Positions 39,210 through 52,651 are shown, counted from the first letter of the stretch. The stretch is DNA of 64,000 nucleotides from Octopus sinensis (GCF_006345805.1 NC_042998.1:66526001-66590000); one strand, 5' to 3'. Notes: a model not told the origin generated them from the sequence alone. A program made the numbers and translations.

Positions 39210-39368
39210 TTATTATTATTATTATATTATTATTATTATTATTATTATTATTGTTGTTGTTGTTGTTGTGTTGTTGATGCTGTTGTTGCTGTTGTTGTTG
39301 TTGTTGCTGTTGTTGTTGTTGAAGTTGTTATTATTATCATCGTTGTCAACCTCATTATCATCATCATC
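38985..39368. repeat. Compound trinucleotide array (CTT)n-(ATT)n-(GTT)n-(ATC)n
   Basis: Direct runs. Confidence 0.95.
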
Positions 39369-39616
39369 CCGAACATCATCATTAGATGGGTGAGATTCTT
39401 TGCAACGATTCACTTTGATTGTGGCAGGAAACGCCATTGTATCATTTCACAAGACCTGCCGATCGTTTATCTGCCTTCGGCAACGTGTTTTTTCCATCGA
39501 TCTCCCTATTTTAGTTTTCCGATACCGATGATACCCAGAAATATCAGACGTCCATATCATGGTCCAATAGACTCCACATCTGTTTGGATCAGATGAACGA
39601 TGACTCGACAACGAGA

Positions 39617-40850
39617 ATGCACCTCTAAACTGACGATGAGATGCATACAAATCCCTTCTTATCAGTTTTATAAAGTTATAAATCGCATGGAATTCACGGT
39701 CACAGGGTCTTTGACCGAAGTCTTCATTATCAGGATTCACCAGAAGCTTGTAAATAATAGCAAAAAAAAAAAAAACAGGTAAAATTTTGCCGCTAACGAA
39801 GTTATACCGATTATTTGAGGATCGATAAAATATAGTACCGGGCAAGAATAAGTTGATTCAAATAGCTGGAAACATTTGTAAAATTTTTGGTGCTATGTCA
39901 TGAAAATATTTTTCATTGTTATAATATATTTATATGAATCCCAATAGAATCAACTTAAACATAAAAATATGCAAATACACACAAATACATGTGTATGTAA
40001 AAATATTCATACACACACACACATATACACACACACATACACACACACATACATACACACAAGCACAGACACACACATATGTATATATATATATATATAT
40101 ATAGGGTGTGTAGTAAGTAGCTTGCTTACCAACCACATGGTTCCGGATTCAGTCCCACTGCATGACAACTTGTGTCAGTGTCTTCAGCTATAGCCTCGGG
40201 CCGACCAAAGCATTGTGAGTGGATTTCGTAGACGGAAACTGAAAGAAGCTCGTCGTACATATATATATATATATATATATATATCTTTCTCTCTTTACTT
40301 TTCTACTTATTTCAGTCATTTCAGTGCAGCCATGCCTGAGCACTACATTTACTAGAGCAAACTGAACCCAGGATGCACCTCTAAGCTGACGATGAGATGC
40401 ATACAAATCCCTTCTTATCAGTTTTATAAAATCCCTTCTTATCAGTTTTATAAAGCGATAAATCGCATGGAACTCACGGTCACAGTGTCTTTGATCGAAG
40501 ACTTCATTATCAGGATTCACCAGAAGCTTGTAAATAATAGCAAAAAAAAAAAAAACAGATAAAATTTTGCCGGTAACGAAGTTATACTGATTATTTGAGG
40601 ATCGATAAAATATAGTACCGGGCAAGAATAAGTTGATTCAAATAGCTGGAAACATTTGTAAAATTTGTGGTGCTATGTCATGAAAATATTTTTCATTGTT
40701 ATAATATATTTATATGAATCCCAATAGAATCATCGTAAACATAAAAATATGCAAATACACACATATACATGTGTATGTAAAAATATTCATACACACACAC
40801 ATATACACACACACATACACACACACATACATACACACACACAAGCACAG

Positions 40851-40899
<49 letters not shown>

Positions 40900-40910
40900 A
40901 TATATATATA
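39617..40910. repeat. Local tandem segmental duplication (unit ~490 bp, offset 756)
   Basis: 39617-~40100 recurs at 40373-~40880 with few substitutions and a 24-bp internal duplication. Confidence 0.9.
40103..40372. mobile_element. Composite family A SINE fragment (+ head joined at (TA)n to a - tail)
   Basis: Paralogous to 42108-42378. Confidence 0.85.
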
Positions 40911-42061
40911 GTGAGTTAATGAACTTATGTAGGCACGCGGCTAAATTTAAAATGTCGAATATAAATATACCATATGGATAGAGTATATATTTTGTATTTT
41001 GATTTTGATTTTGATTTTGACTCTTAAGCGCTACGACGGATCTATAGCAAAGTCTTATTGTTTCTACATATATATTAGGAAAAACCTACAAACTTTGTTT
41101 TCATGTTATTGTATTGCATAGGATTACCTTGATTATTTATATTACCTTGATTATTTATAAATGACCCAAAATAGGATGTTATATTTTATTTTATATGTCT
41201 TTCGTATATATTTTTATTAATGCACCCATTTTTTAAAAGCAATGTTTTTTTAAAAAAAAGCAATGTTGTCAAATTTAGAATGTTTATATAAGTTTGTGTA
41301 TAGCAAAGCATATGTATTTGTAAGCATGCGTATCTGTGTATGTGTAAGTGAAAGTATGCTTGTGCACGCATACACACGACGGTATGTATATGTATCAATT
41401 CAAACTTGTGTATGTATACTGGCCTCTATAGATGCCAATAACATCGCTACAAGTTTCCCCCCCCCCTCTTTCGTTCCTTTTTCTCTCTTTCCCTTTCTTT
41501 TGTTCCCCCTCCTTGCTCAGTATATGAGAATTGCTACATAGATGAATTTTAGCTTGCGTGCGAGACGGTTTGCGTGAATATATGTACACATGCTTTTATG
41601 TGTATAATTTAGATTCATATTCATACGTCTGTAAATGTATGTATGGCGTTTACGCGCATCCTTTTGTGTATGTTGATATATATATGTGGATTTTAATATA
41701 AATATGTATTGCAGTATTTATAACAGGTTTAATTTCTATGCATTAATTTGTACTGTCTTCATTAACGGCAATAGGTTTTTTCCTCGGTTTTTTTCCTCGG
41801 ATTTTATAATTTTTTATAATTTTTATAAGTTTTTATATATATATGCATATATTTTTGACCTTTTTGTTTATCGCTCGAAGATTGACCGTTTTTTCTAAAG
41901 GGCCAATCAAACAAGTCCATTTCTTTTTAAAGGTGTAGCGTTTGTAAGAGTATAGATTGAATTAATATATATTGTTCCATTCTAGCAAAAACTGTCTGAT
42001 GAACGGCAACGAGAAACTCAGAGTAACAGATTTTGTTGAATTTTCTGCTGCTTAAAATAAA

Positions 42062-42106
<45 letters not shown>

Positions 42107-42107
42107 A

Positions 42108-42243
42108 GGGTGTGTAGTAAGTAGCTTGCTTACCAACCACTTGTGTCAGTGTCTTCAGCTATAGCCTCGGGCCGACCAAAGCATTGTGAGTGGATTTCGT
42201 TTACGGAAACTGAAAGAAACTCGTCGTACATATATATATATAT

Positions 42244-42289
<46 letters not shown>

Positions 42290-42690
42290 CTTTCTCTCTT
42301 TTCTTTTCTACTTATTTCAGTCATTTGAGTGCAGCCATGCCTGAGCACTACATTTACTAGAGCAAACTGACCCCAGGATATATTCTTTGTATGCATAGTA
42401 TTTATTCTATCGGTTCTTTTGCCGAACCGCTAATTATGAGATCGTAAACAAACCAGCATATGTTATCAAGCGATGTTGGGGGGACAAACACATATACACA
42501 ATCACACACATATATACATATAGATATATACGACGGGCTGCTTTCTGTTTCCGTCAACCGAATCCACTTACAAGGCTTTGGTCGGCCCAAGGCTATAGTA
42601 AAAGACACTTGTCCAAAGTGCCACGTAGTTGGAATGAAGACGGAGCCATGTTGTTGTTAAGGATGCTACTTATCACACAGCCACTCCTGC
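42108..42690. mobile_element. Family A SINE + head (33-bp deletion) followed by a near-full - strand copy
   Basis: Homology to 31347-31763 in both orientations. Confidence 0.85.
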
Positions 42691-42693
42691 GCA

Positions 42694-42694
<1 letters not shown>

Positions 42695-42724
<30 letters not shown>

Positions 42725-42725
42725 A

Positions 42726-42770
<45 letters not shown>

Positions 42771-42804
42771 CTCTCTCTCTCTCTCTCTCTCTCAATATAT
42801 ATAT

Positions 42805-42851
<47 letters not shown>

Positions 42852-42861
42852 TATATATATA
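42695..42861. repeat. (ATCT)n/(CT)n/(TA)n microsatellite
   Basis: Direct runs. Confidence 0.95.
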
Positions 42862-43189
42862 CAGGGATGGTTATAATTAAAAAACAAATAAAAACCTCCT
42901 CCAGTCCTCTTAAAATTTTCTATAACTCGTCAAAGATGAATTAAATAATACTTCCAAAACAATTAAACACATTTCTGGCACAAGCTCTATCCTCCTGATG
43001 GGGCCATTCCTTCGAAGTGAATCGTAAGATTCACATGTACTCTCGGAATGAACCGTTGAAACGATCGTAGGAAGACTTCATTTCATTTAATTATGATACC
43101 AAAATCTGTTTAAGCATTTATTTTACATATATAGATGAGTTTATTTTTCCCTTATTAAACATTAACACGGAAAATAAATAAATAGTTAC

Positions 43190-43608
43190 CGGGGTAGCCA
43201 AATATCATACAAATGTTCATTAAGCGCTGCAGTAATTTTGGGAGCTGAAAGTTTTGGTTTTCTTCCTGAGTTTTGCTTGGACGAGGAATTTGTTCCCTCT
43301 TTCTCAAAGGCTATCATTACTTTTTAGTCATTACTTCTTGATGCAACATACGTTACGGTTGTCTTCATTACGCGAGCACCAATAATTTGATCTTTTTGAA
43401 GTCCGATAGATCTGTTATTTTAATGAATTTTAATTACCTTTTTCTGATGATATGTGAAAGGACGAGCAAGTTTAGCAAAACATAATAAGCAACATTAATA
43501 ATAAATGAAAAAAATATAAAGATAAACAGGATTTTGACGGTTCTATAGATATGTAAAAATGTGATGTCATGATGCTAGGTGTTTCCAATATTTTGTGCAA
43601 GACCAGTA
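43190..43608 (-). mobile_element. Tc1-like transposon 5' remnant
   Basis: Minus frame DQIIGARV...KVMIAFEKEGTNSSSKQNSGRKPKLS/APKITAALNEH; TIR-like end TA|CTGGTCTTGCACAAAATATTGGAAACACCT at 43606. Confidence 0.65.
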
Positions 43609-43609
43609 T

Positions 43610-43612
43610 GTG

Positions 43613-43680
<68 letters not shown>

Positions 43681-43686
43681 ATAATA

Positions 43687-43718
<32 letters not shown>

Positions 43719-43817
43719 TGAGGGAATAATATTCCAAACTTACAAGGGAAAATTCAATTTAGAAATATTAAGACAAATTTCACAATATATATATATATAT
43801 ATAATATATATCATTAT

Positions 43818-43880
<63 letters not shown>
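43610..43880. repeat. (TA)n/(AAT)n microsatellite cluster
   Basis: Direct runs with short unique spacers. Confidence 0.9.
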
Positions 43881-43882
<2 letters not shown>

Positions 43883-44347
43883 GAAAAAACACCTTTTATC
43901 AATTCAACAATTAAATTGTACCATTTAGGAACAATTACATCTAATGCAAAAATTAAACATAACATAAAAGCATATACCGTTGATTAAGTAATGTGCGAAG
44001 TAATAAATAAAACGTATATATTCGGTAGAATAACTATACGTTTTTCGTGGCTATATTAAAGCAATGATAACAGTAAAATCAATTCAATATAAATATAGTC
44101 ACTCTTCAGGTTAAAGATAAAAACAATAAAATAATTAAATAAATTAATAAATATACGTATATAATCTTGTAAAATACAATACGATATTTACCTACAAATA
44201 ATCTCCCAACTTAATTTATATTTAATAGATCTAGATTTAAGGTCCCAACTATATTTACTAAGGGCTGTTGAATTTATTAGATTTTTATTCATAAAAGGAT
44301 ACATATGTTGAGCTATTCTTAATTATATATTTACAACCCACACACAT

Positions 44348-44401
<54 letters not shown>

Positions 44402-44735
44402 GTGTGTGTGTGTGTTGTAAATATATATATATATATATCAGAAAATGGGATGACAAATTAAAAGACGATTGATTATCGTGAACTTCATCAGCTTACAACT
44501 ATTTCAGCGGTAAGATGTAGTGTACTCATAGTTGAGTGCCTGAATAACACTTTAGAGCTCCATTGAAACCTCGTACATGAAACGCAATATATTTGAGAAA
44601 TGTCTTACATTTGTGCATATACAAATGGCAAGGCATTGTCAGTGAGAACGTCGATGCTGATGCTTATCCAAAAGTTAATTAGATCTACTAGTAGAAATAT
44701 GTGTGTATGCGTTATATATATATACATACACACAT

Positions 44736-44778
<43 letters not shown>

Positions 44779-45621
44779 ATATACATATATATAGATAGAT
44801 AGACAGACAGACAGACAGATCGATAAACTGGTTGATATATATAGGTATTAGTCACGCAGTACCTCTCTCTAACTATATAATGTGTTACATGCATAAGACC
44901 TACACATCAAAGCACTTCTAGAAGCCGGCATCCCATGTTACATTCAAGAGAGCATAACTACATACGATATTTATTTTCAGACGTATATTTGTGGATTTAT
45001 GGAGATATGACTACTATCTTCTTTGTTTAGTTATGATGTAAAGATCACTTCATTTGGACAAGCTTCTGCATTTTTAGGTTTAGTTGCTAAATATAAGGTG
45101 AATGAACGAACAAAGATTTTCTTGTCTCTATGTTTGTATCTTCTAATTCCTCTTGAAAAATTGTTATTTCATTCAATGCTAGTAGCTGAACATTTCACGC
45201 AGAACCTTGCACCCGAGACGAGAAGTCTCCAAAACATGATTTGTCTTAGCAGTGTTGATATTCTCAAATAACTATCGATTTTTTATAAAACGATATGTGA
45301 CGCGAATTTTCATTTTCAAACATTTCCAAAGATAAACAAGGACAAATTATCTGTGTGTCCAGCAGTGCTGAAATGTTCCTGTCAATATACGTTAACACAA
45401 AAGAATATAGACACATATATGTCTCTGTGCATATATATACATTTCTTTGTGAAATATTGCTTTCAGTCTAAGAAAGAAATACAAAATGAATTAAATTTCC
45501 ATGTTGCAAAATTAAAGGCATCAAGAGTAAAACCAAATGGGAGGCAAAATTCATGATATCTCCAACATCCTTCCAATTATAAAGCAGACTATAGACAAAA
45601 TTAGTAGATACATTTATTATG

Positions 45622-45966
45622 TTGCAGCGTGGAAAGTGTTTATAAGCCATTTAAGAAATACACAAAATCCGTTAGATACACTCAAACATTCAAATTTAAT
45701 TTGTCAAAATATTTTCGTCGCTTTGAGACCACGACCTGTGCACTGACAAAATTCCGTGCTGCATATGAGAAAGTAATATTTAGTTGAACTAACTGTTAGG
45801 TGAACTAACTGATACATTCTCAGATGCAGCACGGAATTTTGTCTGTGAACAGGTCACGGTCGCAAAGCTGCGAAAATATTTTGGCAAATTGAATTTAAAC
45901 GTTAAAGTGAATATAACGGATTTTCTGAGTTTCTTAAGTGGCTTGTAAACACCTTCCACACTGCAA
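45622..45966. mobile_element. 345-bp fold-back/MITE-like element with 150-bp inverted arms
   Basis: 45622-45771 versus reverse complement of 45817-45966: about 127/150 identical by hand count, no indels; spacer holds a 16-bp tandem repeat. Confidence 0.85.
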
Positions 45967-47749
45967 ATGTTTTGGTTCCAGCTCACGATCTCAGTTCAGG
46001 TCACTTGCTATGCAAGTACATCAGTATAATTTATTATGTTATTAGACATAAATATATTAAATAAAGCTGACCTTCAATAAAAGTTGAATTGAATATGTTT
46101 TTATCAAAACTCTCTAATCTAGAAATAAATCCCTTACCTAGTTTAATACTTTTCATAGTTTACATGTAATCACAAGCTGTGTAATGGCCACCATGAGATT
46201 CATTACTATGCAATTTCCCACCTTACAAAAGAATCCCCCTATGTTTTAAATATGTACTTAACGACAAACAAAAGCTATATGTGTAAGATAAGGTAACAAA
46301 TGTCTAAAGAGAATAAAAACCAAAAGCATGTGGTTAGCTACGTATATGTGCCACTGCAACTGATTGCAAGTCACCGTTAGGACAAACTATCGTTTACTAC
46401 TAATTTTATAGCGTTTTTTTAACAGCACTTTCATAACGGATGTTGTCTCAGGACGAATATTGCAGTAACTGGACTATTGACAGTGTATATACTTTATGAT
46501 ACACGAATGGCTATTGTAATTTAATAGCCGCATGAATGGGTGGTGTAACTTGATATTGTTCCATTTCCACAAATCTGATTTTCATTTCAGCCTGGTGGAT
46601 TCTTGCAACATTATTGAATATATCACAAACGGAGAATTCCTCTTCGAGTATGTGGCTGAGTGCGAGTACACACGCCTGGAGCGAGCTGTTAATTTTCATA
46701 GACCACACTGGATTGCCATAATAATCAAACAGATTTTGTGTACCTCACTAACACTCCATTAAACTATTTCACTACTACAACTTGTCTGTGCCACTGCTTA
46801 TTTCTTGAGTCAGCGCTTTTATACGCCAATGGATCTCGATTGAACCGTGATCCGCTTTTCCTTTGAGATGGTTTGACCCGTGTTTAGACCTACTGTCGAA
46901 ATTTGCTCAAGAATTTAATTGCAGACATTGTTTCAAATCAAAGACAAAACCATAAAGGCTGGTGAAAAAGCTTGTTAATATAGCTTATTAATATTACTAA
47001 TATTTTGTGGGGTAATCACATAAAACTCAGCATTACATAGAAATTTTCATATAACTACATTTTATCATATTACAGAACAGCTTTCATTCACCCAGATCTG
47101 ATAAATGTATTTGTCGTCTTATATTAAGAATATGATATCCAATTGTCCTGTGCCAGATTGCTCACGCGACAAATGTTGTTAAACGTACATCTCTCCTTTG
47201 ATACTTATTTGCATATTTCGTTCTATAGTATCATTCGTTTCCCAGCTAAATAAATGTGTTCGACTTAATGCCTTTACTGTGAGATTTATTTTCTTCTTTA
47301 CGTATCATTCGACATTATATTGTTTATATTTATCGTGCACTTTAAAGTAGATCATCTACACACGCGTGATGAATTGGATATGACATCAGAAACAACCTGT
47401 TTCTTTAAAAGCGTCTGGACTGCAATCTAAGTAATTCTCCAAGTGTTATTACGTGTGTGTTTATCAGTGTGTATATGTGCGTGTGTGAGTGCTTATATGT
47501 GAGTTTTTGTGTCTGTGCCTGTGTGTCTGGATGTGTATAAGTGAGCGTGTGAATGTGTGTGCGTGCGTGTGCGCCTGTGTATGCGTATGTGTGTGTATTT
47601 ATCTTAGTGCACTTCTGAGTGTATGTGCATTTCTCTCTATGTGTGCGTAGGTGTGAAAAAGGACTTCCAAATGAGGAGGTATACATTTGCATCGAAGTAC
47701 CACATTCATGAAGAAAGGGAAGAAAATCAATTTCATTAACAGTACATTT

Positions 47750-48300
47750 TATATCACCTACACAGAGAATTGCTGAATTACAGCCAGTAATATAATGCGA
47801 TAAATTCTCCTATAACATAGCAACACTAGCATATCCTTATTACCCAGCAAAACTGTTATCGATTTGCTTTCGTTTTACAAGAATTCTTTATACAAAAGTA
47901 TTGACTCGATGACTTTTCAGGTGACATTGAGAAACCAAGAAATATATTGAATGAATTACAAGACATTGACACGTTAAGTCACTTGTCTATTGATCTCTTC
48001 TCAACGATAGAAAGTATATTTGTATTGGATGTTTTAGAAGATAATGAACCGAATTTATCTCAGTTTATTGAGATTGCTGTGTTGAAGTGGAGCACATAGC
48101 GTAACTTTGCCACAACTTCCGCTATAACTGACTGAACTAATGTCAAAAAGTAAAACAACGGAAACAAGCCTGCTGGAGCAAATACCATTTCAACCATGAG
48201 AAAATATTGTTAGACGCCGCTACTTAAATCCTATATATTTTATAAAATGATACGGTCATGTCTCTTTGACATGTACTGCAATGTTTGATGTACCTATGCC
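47750..48300 (+). mobile_element. Decayed RTE-like RT remnant
   Basis: DDFSGDIEKPRNILNELQ...LSIDL resembles post-YADD helices; RKQACWSKY resembles RR..AW.AF. Confidence 0.4.
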
Positions 48301-49149
48301 ATCGTATATGTGATAAACGTTCGAAACCTAGTTGTATTTATATAGTTTTTCTATGATAGAATGCTTCTAATAAGCATGAATATTGCAACCAACGCTCTTT
48401 CCAAATGCGCTTGATTTCAATAAAGCTGATTACATGTTGTTGGATAACTGTGATCACGGGAGCTCAAAGTAATGGCTTAGTTTCGGACTACTGCATTTTT
48501 CAGTTAAGTGTTAAATCATGATATATTGTTACTCTAGCACATCTAACGGCAATATTTAATTTGTTACGAAGCAGATCTAATTTCCGCGTGATTGCATGGC
48601 TCCATTTCCTTTCAAATGATAATATTATTCGCTTTTTTCTTTGTTAAATGTATTTGTAACGATGATTTCTTTATAGCCATTCGATCGATTGCTGAAGGGG
48701 TTTTATAGCTGATTTAATCGAACCCTATAAACACTGCTAGTTATTGACACTTATCTAATGAAAGAAATCCACCCAACTGGATTTCAGAGTCAGGAAAAAC
48801 TTCTATAAATAAACGACGTATTTAAAACTATTCACAGTTGTCAGTGAGGCTTGAAACAATAACTAATTTCCATGAAGGATTGACCACATTTACAGCCGTT
48901 TGTACTATATATTGCTTAGTTCTCAAACTCCGGGTAAAAAGGATTGAGGAGGCACGGATTTATAATTCTTAAAATATTCACTCGACTGAAGTACTATTGA
49001 TCTCAGTGTCTGTAAGTTTCACAAATTTTATAAATCCAATATTTACGTACTATTCTTTAGTTTTATCTACTACGACTTTCATTATTATAAACGATCTATT
49101 TTATGCTTCTCCAAAATTTTTCAATCCTCAAGACGTAAACTCACACACT

Positions 49150-49500
<351 letters not shown>

Positions 49501-49793
49501 TAATCAAGGGAAACATCTTTAGAAGATTTTATCAAGAATCCATAGAAGTACCAATTGGTACAAAGTATATAATTATCTAAATATAATTATAATAAAAGCA
49601 CTAATGAATAGCGCCACATGCTAGAAATAGACCCCAAATGGCTCTAAGTACTACGTTTTTTACTAAATATACACATACAAACACACACACATATGTATAC
49701 CAGTGGTATGGAAGGATATATAGTATCTGGGCGGATAACGTATTAACTCCGAGCTAAGTTCCAGCTAACCATAATGATCAGTATTTTACACAC

Positions 49794-49832
<39 letters not shown>

Positions 49833-49850
49833 GTATATGTGTGTCAGTGT

Positions 49851-49945
49851 GTGTATATATATGCGTGTGTTTGTCTGTGTGTGTATATATATGCGTGTGT
49901 TTGTCTGTGTGTGTATATATATGCGTGTCTTTGTCTCTGTGTGTA
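49851..49945. repeat. 30-bp minisatellite, ~3 copies, inside a microsatellite
   Basis: gtgtatatatatgcgtgtgtttgtctgtgt repeated with period 30. Confidence 0.9.
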
Positions 49946-50016
49946 TGCATATATATATATACGTATATGTATGTCTGTGTGTATATATATGTGTGCGTTT
50001 GTCTGTGTGTGTATGA

Positions 50017-50070
<54 letters not shown>

Positions 50071-50072
<2 letters not shown>

Positions 50073-50252
50073 TCTCCTTATTTTCTCTCCTTATTTCTTT
50101 CTGTATTTCTTTTCTGTGTATCTTTCTGTTGAAGAGCGTAGGCTCGAAACGTAAAAGACTTTTATTCATATTCCTGAGCGCCATACTAATACAATTGTTT
50201 GTTTGTATTCCACCTGCCTTCGTCTTTTGTCTATTTTCATAAAGCTTCCCTT
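50071..50252 (+). mobile_element. Short Penelope-like element with hammerhead motif, copy F
   Basis: Reverse homologue of copies A and C; (TA)n on both sides. Confidence 0.75.
50121..50158 (+). ncRNA. Minimal type I hammerhead ribozyme-like motif (CUGUUGA core), best copy
   Basis: UCUUU-CUGUUGA-A-GAGC(GUAG)GCUC-GAAAC-GUA-AAAGA: perfect 5-bp stem I and 4-bp stem II; predicted cut after A50153. Confidence 0.6.
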
Positions 50253-50259
50253 TATATAT

Positions 50260-50310
<51 letters not shown>

Positions 50311-50822
50311 TATACATGGAGAGAGAGAGAGATCCTCACTCGTATCATTATCGAACCAAGAGTTTAACTAGTGTCTGTCCATAGCACCTACTTAGTGTTA
50401 CGCGCTACACTTTGTGTGTTCTAGATACCAATACCTGTCATATATATATATTCACAATTTAGATTAATTCATATAAGTCTGTCATATATTTCAACTGCTA
50501 AAGGCAAATACACGGCAGTTGCCATGGAGAAAAATCTCCCTTTTGATAAGAAGGTGTGGAAACATCCACTTCGTTTAGTGTCGCCATCTCTCGGAAATCT
50601 CCGACATCAATGCTCTGAGTCCATTGACTCTTGTCAAAGAGATGTATCTAAGAGAGGCAATTCTGAACAAATTAATTAAAGCTAGTAGCTTTATAGCAAC
50701 ACTGAACGAATTAGGTGTCTTCACACCTTTTTATTGCTTTTAGCAGTTGAAATATGGGACAAACATATATCAAGTAACCTAAATTGTGATTATACCTAAA
50801 GACTGCTTGCGCCATTATTTCG

Positions 50823-50965
<143 letters not shown>

Positions 50966-51070
50966 TCCTTTCGGGCTCGATAAATTCAGTACCTGTTGGG
51001 TACTGGAATCGATCTAATCGACTGGTCACCTCCCCAACCATTTCGGACCTTGTACCTAGAGTAGAAAAGA
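50966..51070 (+). mobile_element. Family B SINE 3' half
   Basis: cctttcgggctcgataaattcagtacc...gatctaatcgactgg. Confidence 0.8.
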
Positions 51071-51779
51071 ATACATATATATATATATAATGAAGTGATA
51101 AATAGGATAATTCTCTCCTTAAACAGCACAACTAATTAACACCCCAGTGGAGCCTCACGACTATAAAACCAAGAATGAGAGAACAAATTTCAAACCAATG
51201 TTCATATTCTCTCAGTGTATTTGAAAGAGCCAGAATACTCCACAGCATAAATAGGTGTATTCATATACACAAGACATAATAAAGAAATTTTTTAAGACGT
51301 AAAGACATAAATGTACTTACGAGGCAGTATGTCCCTATTGAAATCGATGAGGATATTAAAATGTGCGGATGGTGAATGTATAGCGGTAATCCAAATAGAT
51401 GAAAACGTTCATATAAAATGATTTTAAAAGGAATCTTGAGTGGGTGCAAAGTCTCACGGCTGTTTCAAGTAGATATAGTTTGGTATGGGCGAGGTAATTC
51501 CAGCTATAACAGTATATTGGCTGGAATATTTCTCTCATCAGAGTTAATCTAAAGGATTTATAAAAGTGTTATTTAAAAGTTTTAAGCAACAGGAGAAATT
51601 TAAGAATTTCTAAAAATCAAATGCTGTGTCGCAACATAATGTTCAGGCGAATGATATAATAAGAGCAAACATTACATGTTTAAATACATTATGAAGCAAG
51701 AGATAATAGTGTTTTAAGATGAATACAAATACATGTTAACTAGGTTAAAATCATATAAGCTAATTGTTTTCGGAAAAAA

Positions 51780-51975
51780 GTGAAAAGTTGCTAAATATTT
51801 ATGTCTACAAAGAATAATGACATCCCAGATCTTATTAAGTATAATATTTTTGTCAGCAAGGAGTATATAGATTGCTTCTTTTGTGCATAATTTACAATTG
51901 CTGGTGTGTGTATTGTATGATGCGTTTTCCGTTTTAATGCACCAATCTAGACTGAATTCTTTATTGCACATTTTT
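51780..51975 (-). mobile_element. Penelope-like element ORF C-terminus (distal GIY-YIG region), decayed
   Basis: W.IK....YN..TSNCKLCTKEAIYIL.....ILNK...I..CRH matches the W-Y-CxLC-E-LN-CRH signature at the end of PLE ORFs. Confidence 0.75.
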
Positions 51976-52429
51976 GAATTATTAATATGGGTAAATAGTG
52001 CAGTTGTATTTTCTTTGTTTCTTGATTAATGACTGAATTTTCTAGTGCCCAATGTTTAGTCTTAAAATCAGTCGTACTTCCTATGTATATCTTTTTTGAT
52101 TCACTAATGGTGAAACCTCAACTTTATATATGACCGGCATGCTAACGATTCTCCAAGCTTGCTACCTTCTACACACTAAATGCTAAGTAGTGATCTAGTT
52201 TGAATTCATTCCAGCTCAGTGGGTATAATTTAGGTTAAACATGCTCATCGCTTTGTTTAGTAAGGGACAGTCCCTAATCGGGCAGTTGCGTTATCGGAAA
52301 CGTGAGCATTACGATCGTATAGGACGAGAGAGTGTATTTGAAAGTAATGTAAACTTCTATTCCAAGCATGTTCCACATCATTGAGATAAACTTTTATTCT
52401 CTTTAAACTTGATGCTATGTTTGATACGC

Positions 52430-52651
52430 ATACAAACACATACATACGCGGACATACAAAGACATATATACACACATGCACACCCACATGCACACACACG
52501 TACACACACGTACACACACACCCATATATAGATAGATAGAGATACGTAGGTAGATAGCTAAATAGATAGACAGCTACCTATCTAGCTAGATAGATAGATA
52601 GACAAACAGATAGATAGATAGATGTATTTATACATATGTATGTATTATGTG

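Noticed and set aside
44470-44530. Minus strand GAAATAGTTGTAAG-CTGATGAAG: both hammerhead halves in permuted order
   Set aside because: No room for stem I and no stem II complement; at most a decayed PLE relic.
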